From contig NZ_CP097765.1 of the NCBI RefSeq assembly GCF_023585785.1, forward strand, positions 210,001-242,000: a stretch of DNA of 32,000 bases, given 5' to 3'. The translations under genes were made by a program, and so were the position numbers. Positions within the stretch are counted from its first letter, which is position 1. Every line of letters starts with the position of its first letter. The notes below the pieces were generated by a model. It was not told where the DNA came from, did not search any database, and saw only the letters and a program-made list of their open reading frames with translations. The stretch comes from Blochmannia endosymbiont of Camponotus modoc. GTDB lineage: Bacteria; Pseudomonadota; Gammaproteobacteria; Enterobacterales; Enterobacteriaceae. This document shows positions 1-9,867 of this stretch, one piece after another.

Positions 1-458
1 TCGATCCGCAAGGCGCTGGGTATCATATTATTCAGTCAAAAATTGCTATCGGTTCAGGGGGTTTCACTGGGAAAGGATGGCTACATGGGACACAATCACA
101 GTTAGAATTTTTACCAGAACGTCATACTGATTTTATTTTTTCAGTGATAGGAGAAGAACTAGGATTTTTTGGGGTATTAATATTATTGTTACTATATTTA
201 GGGATTATACTGCGTGGACTCCTTATTGCTGTTAACACGCAGCATATGTTTGGGCGATTAATTATTGGAAGTTTTATGTTAGTATTGTTTATGTATATAT
301 TCGTAAATATTGGTATGGTTAGCGGGCTACTACCAATAGTGGGTATTCCGTTGCCATTAATAAGTTATGGTGGTTCATCTCTATTAGTATTAATGGCAGG
401 GTTTGGCATTGTTATGTCAATAAATGGACACAGAAAAATGATTTCTAAAATCTTATGA
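1..458 (+). CDS. rodA: RodA (MrdB) peptidoglycan glycosyltransferase, C-terminal part; 5' end outside the window
   Basis: The frame is open from base 3 ([46 protein letters not shown]...) to TGA at 456-458. These are classic RodA/FtsW/SpoVE C-terminal motifs. The track start at 144 is an internal GTG. Confidence 0.95.
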   Translation, partial: DPQGAGYHIIQSKIAIGSGGFTGKGWLHGTQSQLEFLPERHTDFIFSVIGEELGFFGVLILLLLYLGIILRGLLIAVNTQHMFGRLIIGSFMLVLFMYIFVNIGMVSGLLPIVGIPLPLISYGGSSLLVLMAGFGIVMSINGHRKMISKIL

Positions 459-915
459 ATTAGCAAACGCTATATAATAAGTTATCAACTTTATTATATA
501 CATATTATTAATTTTGCTAAAATTTTAAGAATCTAAAAAAAATGACACAAGTATATATGTACTTGGTTATTTTTTCAAAAAAATTAAAATAATAATAATT
601 AATATAAATGCAATAATTTAATATCAATAATATTAAGAAATAATATGATGTTATGGGTTCATGTGCACATAATCTAATCAATATGTAATTATATTAAATG
701 GGTAAATAAAGATGCGTTATTAACAGATTTGAACTTATATAAATAATAAATGTATTAAATGATTGTATGTATGAGTATTGTCATCGTTTATTATTGATTA
801 TAGTTAATTTGGTGCATATATGAGTTTTATTTGTTGTACATTAAAATGACATGCTCTGTTTTAAAAATTCTTCTAATTATTTATTTAAAAATCAATAATT
901 TTTTTAAAAATTATT

Positions 916-1857
916 TTAGTGTGTGTTCTTACGAATTTGCATGATACATGTAACTCCAGAAATTAGTAAGAACATTCCAATTAAAATTAAGGGAGATGGC
1001 CATAATTGTTGATGTATGCATGAATATATTAAACCTGCTACAGTTTCCACCACAATTAATGGTCCTATTAATGTTGTTGGCAATCTTTGGCTAGCTTCGT
1101 TCCAAAAGAATGTGCCTAACCAAGAACAACAGAATCCAATTAATACCATCAAAAAAATAAAAAAAATTGGTCTAGGCCCGAAGGGTAATGCAAATTCATC
1201 TTGAATCAGATCTGAACAGCAGATACATACAAAAAAATAAACGAGACACGATAGTGGTAATGTAACCATTCCTTGTGCATTAGCCCAAGTCATAGGCTTA
1301 TTGTGTGGATGTGTTTTTAACCAATGTGCATTCCTTAATGCGTACCATGTCCAACATAAAACGGAAACAATTGCTAAAATTATTCCGCTTGCGTATTGCC
1401 ATATATTAAGTATAAAGAATTCAGATCGCAATTCAGAAATGTTTACACATAATAAGCCCGTTCCCATTAGACACAATGATATCAGCAAAGTATGATTTGG
1501 TAATTTTTGTTCATTAGGAGAAATGATATGTGTTGTTACAGTTAACATTAGAGGTAATGTGCCGATAATAGCGGTTGAAATTGGAACACCGATGCGTTGA
1601 ATAGCACTTGTTAAACAAGTATAATATACTAGATGACCTGTTAAAACTAATTTTATTGCTTCTAACCAATCTTTTAATAATAATTTGCGTAAACGTGCTC
1701 TATCATACCATGATAGTGGCAATGAAATTAATCCAAACGCAATATAACGACCCGATGCTTGTAATATACTGGGGTATTCTGGTATTAATAAAGGACCTAT
1801 AAAAATCAATCCCCATAATAATCCTGAGATTACAGCAAAAACAATTCCTAATATCAT
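916..1857 (-). CDS. ytfF: EamA/DMT-superfamily inner-membrane permease, YtfF-like
   Basis: 313 aa hydrophobic multi-TM protein with GLLWGLIFIGPLLIPEYP, SAIQRIGVPISTAIIGTLP, WYALRNA and LPFGPRP motifs, resembling enterobacterial YtfF. Confidence 0.75.
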   Translation of the reverse strand: MILGIVFAVISGLLWGLIFIGPLLIPEYPSILQASGRYIAFGLISLPLSWYDRARLRKLLLKDWLEAIKLVLTGHLVYYTCLTSAIQRIGVPISTAIIGTLPLMLTVTTHIISPNEQKLPNHTLLISLCLMGTGLLCVNISELRSEFFILNIWQYASGIILAIVSVLCWTWYALRNAHWLKTHPHNKPMTWANAQGMVTLPLSCLVYFFVCICCSDLIQDEFALPFGPRPIFFIFLMVLIGFCCSWLGTFFWNEASQRLPTTLIGPLIVVETVAGLIYSCIHQQLWPSPLILIGMFLLISGVTCIMQIRKNTH

Positions 1858-2034
1858 GATATTTTTATTATACTAATGAAATATGCTCGATACTATTATT
1901 TATTAGAAATCTATTTTTATTAAATCAAAAGTATATATTATCAAGTATACACATTTTCATTAAACCATTTTATATGAATTATTTAATTAAGACTGATTTA
2001 TGCAATTGATGTGACCAATTATATATGATGATAA

Positions 2035-2108
2035 TGCGCCCTATAGGATTCGAACCTATAACTTACAGCTTAGAAGGCTGTTACTCTATCCAATTGAGTT
2101 AAGGGCGC
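2035..2108 (-). tRNA. argU: tRNA-Arg (anticodon UCU)
   Basis: The reverse complement GCGCCCTTAACTCAATTGGATAGAGTAACAGCCTTCTAAGCTGTAAGTTATAGGTTCGAATCCTATAGGGCGCA folds as a cloverleaf. It has a 7-bp acceptor GCGCCCT/AGGGCGC, anticodon loop CTTCTAA and T-arm ATAGG-TTCGAAT-CCTAT. CCA is not encoded. It lies beside folD, as argU does in E. coli. Confidence 0.95.
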
Positions 2109-2284
2109 GTCACTTATATATTTTACTAAATAATTATTCTCTTTTCGAGATATCTTATTAGATCAAATATTTTTTTTAAGAAGTATATGCTTAGAGAAAG
2201 TATATAATTTAAAATTAATAGTAATATATATTACAGAAAATAATATCATGGTGTTAGTATATAATTTATTGGATACATTTTAAA

Positions 2285-3145
2285 ATGATCGCTAAGATAA
2301 TTGATGGTAAATATGTTTCTGAAAAAATAAAACAAGAAATAGCTAAACAAGTGCGTAAAAATATGAATTCCGGAAAACGCGCTCCAGGATTAGCTATGAT
2401 TCTAGTAGGACATAATCCAATTTCTCAGATATATGTAACTAACAAGAAAAAAGCATGTGAACAAGTAGGTTTGATTTCATTTCTTTATACTTTGCCGATT
2501 ACGGCTACTGAAAATGAGATTTTTCAATTGATTGAAACTTTAAATAATGACCATCGTATAGATGGTATTTTAATTCAGTTGCCATTACCAAATAAGTTAA
2601 ATAAAATAAGTGTTTTAGAACATATTGCTCCTGATAAAGATGTAGATGGTTTTCATCCATATAATGTCGGGCGTTTATGTCAACGATCTCCTACATTACG
2701 TCCTTGTACTTCTCGAGGTATTATAACTTTGTTAGAATGGTATAATATAGATATGTTTGTATTACATGCGGTCGTAGTTGGAGCATCAAATATTGTTGGT
2801 CGGCCTATGACTATGGAATTATTATTGGCAGGTTGTACGGTATCTGTTACTCATCGTTTTACTCAAAATTTGAAAATATACATTGAAAATGCTGATTTAT
2901 TAATTGTGGCAGTGGGTCAAGCAAATTTTATTCCTGGTAGTTGGATAAAACAAGGGGCTATAGTAATAGATGTTGGTATTAATCGATTAAATAACGGAAA
3001 TATAGTGGGTGATGTTCACTTTTCTAGCGCTTATGAACGAGCTGCATACATTACTCCTGTTCCCGGTGGAGTAGGTCCAATGACGGTAGTAACACTTATT
3101 CAGAATACTTTGCAAGCTTATGATGATCATCATTTGGTAAGATAA
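2285..3145 (+). CDS. folD: Bifunctional methylenetetrahydrofolate dehydrogenase/methenyltetrahydrofolate cyclohydrolase
   Basis: 286 aa with the FolD signatures [24 protein letters not shown] and [12 protein letters not shown]. Confidence 0.97.
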   Translation: MIAKIIDGKYVSEKIKQEIAKQVRKNMNSGKRAPGLAMILVGHNPISQIYVTNKKKACEQVGLISFLYTLPITATENEIFQLIETLNNDHRIDGILIQLPLPNKLNKISVLEHIAPDKDVDGFHPYNVGRLCQRSPTLRPCTSRGIITLLEWYNIDMFVLHAVVVGASNIVGRPMTMELLLAGCTVSVTHRFTQNLKIYIENADLLIVAVGQANFIPGSWIKQGAIVIDVGINRLNNGNIVGDVHFSSAYERAAYITPVPGGVGPMTVVTLIQNTLQAYDDHHLVR

Positions 3146-3188
3146 TTCTTATTTATTCCATTTTTAATTATTTTTATTACTATTTATA

Positions 3189-4595
3189 TTATTTGCAATG
3201 CCATTTCGTTATCCCTGTAGACCCATCTTCCAATGTTATTCCCATAACGGTTAATTTTTTTCGTATGCTATCAGCTAATTCCCATTGCTTATTTTTTCGT
3301 GCAACTTCGCGGCATTGAATTAATTTTTGAATTTTTTCAAAATGACAATTTTTGTTATGTTTTGATGTTATTTGTTTTAAGAAAATTTCTGGATTTTGAT
3401 GTAACAATCCGATAGTATTTGCTAAATATTTTAAGGTAGATGCCATACCTTGAGTAAGTGAATGACCTTTAATTTTTAAATTATTTAATCTATGTGCTAT
3501 GTCAAATAATACTGAGTATGCCTCTGGTGTATTGAAGTCGTCATTCATTTTAGAAATAAATTTTGATATAAAATATTCTCCTCCATTAGGTTGGATTGTA
3601 GGATTAGTATCTCGTAAAGCTATGTACAGCCGTTTTAAAGATGTTTGTGCGCTTTTAAGATTATCGTCATTATAGTGTAATTGACTGCGATAATGAGCGG
3701 ACATTAAAAAATATCTTATTGTTTCAGGATCATAATGTTTTAAAATATCACGTATGGTAAAAAAATTATTTAATGATTTTGACATTTTTTCATAGTTTAA
3801 TAACAAAAGACCAGAATGCATCCATATATTTGCATAAGAAGTCTCATTAGCGCATACAGATTGAGCAATTTCGTTGTCATGATGTGGAAAAATTAAATCT
3901 GATCCTCCACCATGAATGTCTATTTGGTTGCCGAAAATGGAATAATTCATAGCAGAACATTCAATATGCCATCCTGGACGTCCTGATCCCCATGGAGATG
4001 ACCAACACGGCTCACCTGGTTTATTATTAGATGTTGTTTTTTTCCACAATACAAAATCCATAGGGTTTTTTTTTATATTTGATATTTTTAAGATATTATC
4101 ATGTATTTCAGGCGAATTTTCTTTGTTAGATAAGACACCGTAATTGCGCATAGTTTTTACAGAAAACATTATATCCCCATTAGGGGCAATATATGCATGT
4201 TTTTTTGAAATTAACAAACAAATGAATTTAATGATTATATCAATATGTTCAGTTACTTTTGGTTCATAATTTGGGCGCAATATACTTAATGCATCCAAGT
4301 CTAAATGCATTTCTTGAATCATACGATTCGTTAATTGTTCGGTAGTTTCGTTATTTTCATAAGCTTTTTTTATAATTTTATCATCTATATCTGTAATATT
4401 GCGGACGTAATCCACCTGATATCCGCAATGACGTAAATAGCGAATAATACTATCGAATACTATAAATGTTCTGGCATGCCCGAGATGGCATAAATCATAA
4501 ACTGTAACACCACAAACATATATTTTAATTTTACCAGCATTAATAGGTATAAACTTTTCTTTTTTTTTTGTTAAGGTATTAAAAATTTTAAGCAT
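3189..4595 (-). CDS. cysS: Cysteinyl-tRNA synthetase
   Basis: 468 aa with YVCGVTVYDLCHLGHART, the GRPGWHIECSAM motif and KMSKSLNNF (KMSKS). Confidence 0.98.
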   Translation of the reverse strand: MLKIFNTLTKKKEKFIPINAGKIKIYVCGVTVYDLCHLGHARTFIVFDSIIRYLRHCGYQVDYVRNITDIDDKIIKKAYENNETTEQLTNRMIQEMHLDLDALSILRPNYEPKVTEHIDIIIKFICLLISKKHAYIAPNGDIMFSVKTMRNYGVLSNKENSPEIHDNILKISNIKKNPMDFVLWKKTTSNNKPGEPCWSSPWGSGRPGWHIECSAMNYSIFGNQIDIHGGGSDLIFPHHDNEIAQSVCANETSYANIWMHSGLLLLNYEKMSKSLNNFFTIRDILKHYDPETIRYFLMSAHYRSQLHYNDDNLKSAQTSLKRLYIALRDTNPTIQPNGGEYFISKFISKMNDDFNTPEAYSVLFDIAHRLNNLKIKGHSLTQGMASTLKYLANTIGLLHQNPEIFLKQITSKHNKNCHFEKIQKLIQCREVARKNKQWELADSIRKKLTVMGITLEDGSTGITKWHCK

Positions 4596-4973
4596 TTTAA
4601 TTTATTTTACAATATACGCGGCGATATATTGATCTTTAGTATATAAGCCTCATAGGTTTAATAGGATCTTTAAACAATATTATATATCAATCTAATTAGT
4701 TGAGTATTGGGAATCATCGCTTTCATATACAAAACATAAAATATGTTATCTTAATCATAAGCATATGACAATGTTTATTCATAGTCAGTATAATTATAAT
4801 TAACAATCATATGACACGATTTAATTGTGTACACTATAATTCGTATATAGCGTGGTGTGTATTTGTAATAAACATTTATATTTAATTATTAAATTTTTAA
4901 CGAATAGTTTGGATCTGGAATGTTAAAAATGTGATAATAATCATAACCATTATTATTCAATATATGTGTGCAT

Positions 4974-5726
4974 ATGTCTATTTTATTTATTTCAGATGTT
5001 CATTTATCTGCTAAATCCCCATATATTACTGATGGGTTTTTGCGTTTTTTAAATTATCGCGCAATGCGCGCTAAATCTCTTTATATTTTAGGAGACTTGT
5101 TTGAAACTTGGTTAGGAGATGATGATTGTAATCTATTACATATTAATATCGCCAAAGCTTTGAAAGCATTAAATCAAAAAAGAATTTCGTGTTATTTTAT
5201 TCATGGAAATCATGATTTTTTATTAGGACAGAAGTATGCTAGAGAATGCGGAATGACGTTATTATCTTCTAATCAAGTTTTAAAATTAGCATCAGGAAAA
5301 AAAATAATCATTTTACATGGAGATATTCTTTGTTCCAATGATAATTCATATCAATTATTTAGAAAATGTTTACGTCATATTATAGTACAGAGGTTATTTT
5401 TATCGCTACCATTATCCATACGCTCACGAATATTTAGTGCTATACGTTCATGTTGCGTACAACACACAAAATACAAATCAAAAAAAAAATTAAATATTAA
5501 TTTAAAAACGGCTACAGATATTTTAATTCAGAATCATGCGGATATTATGATTCACGGACATACTCACCAACCTGCGATTCATAAGATTTACAGATCCAAA
5601 AAAGATGTTTTTAGAATAATAGTGCTGGGATGTTGGGATAAATACGGTTCAATGATAGAAGTAAATGAAAAAAATAATGATATCCTATTTACAGAATTTC
5701 CATTAGATGAAACAATAAAATATTAA
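4974..5726 (+). CDS. lpxH: UDP-2,3-diacylglucosamine diphosphatase (lipid A biosynthesis)
   Basis: Metallophosphoesterase with ILFISDVHLS, YILGDLFETWLGDDD, FIHGNHDFLLG and IMIHGHTHQPAIH. The track ORF starts at a GTG at 4968; ATG at 4974 is the more likely start. Confidence 0.95.
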   Translation: MSILFISDVHLSAKSPYITDGFLRFLNYRAMRAKSLYILGDLFETWLGDDDCNLLHINIAKALKALNQKRISCYFIHGNHDFLLGQKYARECGMTLLSSNQVLKLASGKKIIILHGDILCSNDNSYQLFRKCLRHIIVQRLFLSLPLSIRSRIFSAIRSCCVQHTKYKSKKKLNINLKTATDILIQNHADIMIHGHTHQPAIHKIYRSKKDVFRIIVLGCWDKYGSMIEVNEKNNDILFTEFPLDETIKY

Positions 5727-6618
5727 ATTTAGAATTTTTATATTAATCGTAAAAAATATCTATATATGTTATACAACTATTTTTATGGGAAATAACAATA
5801 TTATTGTTTAAAGTAATGTTAAACATGATGTTAAGATGCACATACTCTTTCTTTATAGTATATGTATGAGATATAATAAATAGGAGTTTTTATTGCATGT
5901 ACTCATTAAGATTATTTAGATATGTATGTGTGGTGTCTTTTTGTTAAGAATAAATGTTTTAACTATGGTTGTGTTTGCAGATTTCTTATAGCGCTTGTGT
6001 TATTACTTTATAATACAAAAAAAATTATTAATAAGCATTTAATTAAATAAACGTGAGTGCTATTATAGATTACTCATTTTTATTGTTAAAAGATAGTTTA
6101 TTAAATTAATTAACAGAATTTAAACTTATCTTATTTAAAAATAGAATAGAAAATATAATATGCTTTTTTTGAGATATAATGGCATTATGCGTTCCGTATT
6201 CTAATATAGACATAGAAATTATATTAAAAGAAGTCAATATAATCAATGTTTTTATATTTGTTGAATACATTTTATTATACTACATATAATACTTAGAATA
6301 AAATTTCTTATTATATTTTTTATATGAATTTTAAAATAATTTATATATCCATAATGTTGTGTTGAATGTTTATTATTTGATGGAAGATCTAAGTATTTAA
6401 TTATAAAAGTAATATATCCATTATCGTGTTTCTGATTAATTAGTATTTAGTGTCCTTTTATATATGTAAATTAATTATTAATATATGGTTACATTTTTTT
6501 TGGAATCAAACCATAACGTATAATTGTTATCCTATCAATTATACGTTGTTATTATCTATAATGAATGATATTTAATTATCAATAATAAAACTGAAATGAT
6601 GAGAAATGATAATAAGTA

Positions 6619-7281
6619 TCATGAACTAATGATATTAATTAATTCTTTGTAGATTTCAGAGATGTCACGATTTCCATCAACAGAAAAATATTTTATTTTT
6701 TTATATTTCGATTCTTCTCGATAATAATCTAACACTGGTTCAGTGTGTTGGTGGTAATTACTTAATCGTTTACGTATAGCTTCTTCGTGGTCATCTTTTC
6801 GAGTAGTTAAAATTTCTCCGGTAATATCATCTAATCCATAATTTCTAGGTGGATTGAATTTAATATGATAAGTTCTTCCAGATCTTGCATGTATTCTTCG
6901 GCCTACAATACGATCAATAATTATAGAATCTGATGCAAAAAATTCTATGACGTAATTTATAAAAATTTTACATTGTTTCATAGATTTTGCTTGCAAAATT
7001 GTTCTAGGAAAACCATCTAATAAAAATCCATTACGACAGTCATGTTGATTAATACGTGTTTTAATTAATTGCACCATAAATTCATCATTTACTAAATCCC
7101 CAGTATGCATAATCTTTGTTATATTTTTATGAAATTTATAGGATTTATGTGCACTTTTAGTTAGTTCTTGACGTAACATCGTGCCTGTAGAAATATTTGG
7201 AATGTTATACTTGTTTGCAATAAGATGAGCTTGCGTTCCTTTTCCGGATCCAGGAGGACCTAAAAATATAATACGTATCAA
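6619..7281 (-). CDS. adk: Adenylate kinase
   Basis: FLGPPGSGKGTQA P-loop, NISTGTMLR, GFLLDGFPRT, and the LID region RIHARSGRTYH. Confidence 0.98.
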   Translation of the reverse strand: MIRIIFLGPPGSGKGTQAHLIANKYNIPNISTGTMLRQELTKSAHKSYKFHKNITKIMHTGDLVNDEFMVQLIKTRINQHDCRNGFLLDGFPRTILQAKSMKQCKIFINYVIEFFASDSIIIDRIVGRRIHARSGRTYHIKFNPPRNYGLDDITGEILTTRKDDHEEAIRKRLSNYHQHTEPVLDYYREESKYKKIKYFSVDGNRDISEIYKELINIISS

Positions 7282-7591
7282 ATTTAATTCTCAATAAAAT
7301 TATAAAAATTTAGCAAATAATGCTTATTATATATCAAAATATTATCTACTCAGATATAAGTAGTAGCGTTTTATCCAAATATATATTTAAAAATATTAAA
7401 ATTTATATTAATTTGATTTCAACAATTATTATTGTATCATAACTAAAATATAAAGTTATATTTTATTAACTGATTACTTTTTAGATTATAAGAGTAATGT
7501 TTCTATTTATACTGACTAAATAGTCAATCAACAATTAAATATATAAAATATATAATTAATTATTATAAAAAATCATGATAGTAGTTTTATT

Positions 7592-7639
7592 AATTAATAT
7601 CAATTTCACATTTTTAAAAATGTGAAATTGATATTAATT
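7592..7639. repeat. Perfect 48-bp palindrome with no spacer (24-bp arms)
   Basis: aattaatatcaatttcacattttt | aaaaatgtgaaattgatattaatt, read directly. It lies in the gap between the 3' end of dnaX and the start of adk. Confidence 0.9.
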
Positions 7640-7700
7640 TGCTATATTACATCATAATTTAGATATAATTGAGAGATAGTATATTTTATTTAATTAATTT

Positions 7701-9797
7701 TTACAGGTTTTTATTCTGATCGTAAAGTACTTGAATATCATTTTCATCTATTTCGGCATCAAAAAAAGATTTAATCATTTTAACGTACGGATCACTTGAA
7801 AATTCTTGTTTTATTAATGATATTTTTTCTTTATATAGAGCATGTAAATGTTCCATTGGTGTTTTTATTGCATAATTGTCATCTTTTTTTATATGTAATT
7901 TTATTGGTATACCCATATTATTGCTGAGTGATTTTTGTATGATATTACGGAGTTCTGTAGAATCTAAATGTTGGTAATCAGAACGAACATGTAAGCATAT
8001 TTCATCTGAAGAAATTTTTTCTTTCCACGAATTCATAACTAATTTTTTTGCTAATTTTGGTAATGACAAACAATATATTTGTGATATCCATAAATCATTT
8101 TTTATTGCTTTTTGCAGTATTTCTTGTATGAAATCGGGCATATTTCGATAGTTTTTATGCAGGTTTTCCTTATCATTACTGTTATTACTAAATTCTAAAT
8201 ATCCTGATAAATTTTTATTAATTTTATCGAAACGATCAAAACTATTTTTTAAAATTATTGTATTAATACTGGCAAATCGTTCTAATATATCTTTTATTTT
8301 TTTTTGAGATTCTAAAGTTAAATTTGATTTCTTTTTTATTACATTTAACTTGTTACGTTCTTTATATTGTAATAGCTTTGATCGAGCTTCTAATATTATA
8401 GAAGTAATATCTGTAGTCTCTCTATTAGAGACAGATCTTGAAATTTTGGGTTTGGTATTATCCAAATGTAATTCGGATTTTTTAAAATTTAAGAGTAATA
8501 GATTATTTGTTTTTTTTAATTTTTCTGTATTTAATACATTCTTACTACCTTGATTATGATTTTTTTTTTGAAAAGGATCAGTAGCAATATATTGTGTATC
8601 ATTAGTATTTATCTCAGCTTTATTATCTGAGCATATAGATTTTGCAAGTATACTATCATCACCATTATCATTACCATTTTTTTTGTTTGCTATGTCTACA
8701 TCAGGACGAAAAGCTAATGCTCGTAACATGGTCATTTCTATTCCCATGCGATGACTAGGAGCGTAAGGTAATTCACGACGACCTATTAGAAATATTTGAT
8801 AATATAATTGTACATTTTCTGGCGTAATACGATTACTTAATTTACGTATACGTTGATTGATATGTTGTACTACATTGTTATTCTCTTTTTGTACAGAATT
8901 TGACAGAAATTGACCTATAGCTATTTTCTGAAAGATAGTAAGAATTTCATTGAAAACATAATCCCAATGAATTCCCAAAACGGTCAAATTTTCAATTTGG
9001 TGCATAATATTATGTATATCTTCATCAATTAAGCTCTCAATTAAACATAATGGATGTTCGATATTCGATATACCAAACATGTTATTAATAACACTATTAG
9101 TTATCTCATTATTTCCTAAGACAATAGCTTGTTCTGCCAAACTAAGCGCGTCACGCATACTTCCTTTTGATGCATATGCTAATGATTCTAAAGCAGAAGT
9201 TTCTATGTTTATGTTTTCTTTATGAAAGATATATGTTAGTTGAGTTATAATTTGAGAAATATTTAGAGGTTTCAAGTAAAACTGTAAACATCGGGATAAG
9301 ATAGTCTCCGGTAATTTTTGGTATTCAGTAGTAATCAAAATAAATTTAACATGTGCAGGTGGTTCTTCTAATGTCTTTAATAAGGCATTGAAACTATGAC
9401 GTGATAACATATGTACTTCATCTATGAGATATACTTTAAAGCGACCCCGAGATGGCATGTATTGTACATTATCTAGAAATTCCCTAGTATCTTCTACTTT
9501 AGTGCGTGATGCTGCGTCTATTTCAATTAGATCAATAAAACAACCTAATTCAATATCTTTACAATTATTACATTGACCACACATGATATATGTTGTGCCT
9601 TGTTCACAGTTTAATCCTTTTGCGAATAATCGAGCAATAGTAGTTTTTCCTACTCCTCTTGTACCGGATAATATATAAGCATGGTGAATTTTATTTAATG
9701 AAAAAGTATGTGTTATTGCTTGAATGATGTGTTCTTGCCCTACAATATCAGAAAATTTTTTTGGACGCCACTTACGGGCGAGTACTTGATAACTCAT
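7701..9797 (-). CDS. dnaX: DNA polymerase III tau (and possibly gamma) subunit
   Basis: 698 aa with SYQVLARKWRPKKFSDIVGQEH, the GTRGVGKTT Walker A, the zinc-binding cysteines and YLIDEVHMLSRHSFNALLKTLEEPP. Confidence 0.97.
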   Translation of the reverse strand: MSYQVLARKWRPKKFSDIVGQEHIIQAITHTFSLNKIHHAYILSGTRGVGKTTIARLFAKGLNCEQGTTYIMCGQCNNCKDIELGCFIDLIEIDAASRTKVEDTREFLDNVQYMPSRGRFKVYLIDEVHMLSRHSFNALLKTLEEPPAHVKFILITTEYQKLPETILSRCLQFYLKPLNISQIITQLTYIFHKENINIETSALESLAYASKGSMRDALSLAEQAIVLGNNEITNSVINNMFGISNIEHPLCLIESLIDEDIHNIMHQIENLTVLGIHWDYVFNEILTIFQKIAIGQFLSNSVQKENNNVVQHINQRIRKLSNRITPENVQLYYQIFLIGRRELPYAPSHRMGIEMTMLRALAFRPDVDIANKKNGNDNGDDSILAKSICSDNKAEINTNDTQYIATDPFQKKNHNQGSKNVLNTEKLKKTNNLLLLNFKKSELHLDNTKPKISRSVSNRETTDITSIILEARSKLLQYKERNKLNVIKKKSNLTLESQKKIKDILERFASINTIILKNSFDRFDKINKNLSGYLEFSNNSNDKENLHKNYRNMPDFIQEILQKAIKNDLWISQIYCLSLPKLAKKLVMNSWKEKISSDEICLHVRSDYQHLDSTELRNIIQKSLSNNMGIPIKLHIKKDDNYAIKTPMEHLHALYKEKISLIKQEFSSDPYVKMIKSFFDAEIDENDIQVLYDQNKNL

Positions 9798-9867
9798 AAG
9801 ATACAGCTCATATAGTAATTATTATAAATATAGGAACTAAAACTTATTGGTTTAGTGGGATATATTT

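Noticed and set aside
1016-1802. Three + strand ORFs (62, 64 and 64 aa) antisense to the ytfF-like gene
   Set aside because: They lie fully inside a well-supported minus-strand CDS and show no recognisable family features; treated as shadow ORFs.
8350-8553. 67-aa ORF antisense to dnaX
   Set aside because: Fully within dnaX, with low-complexity, unfamiliar sequence.
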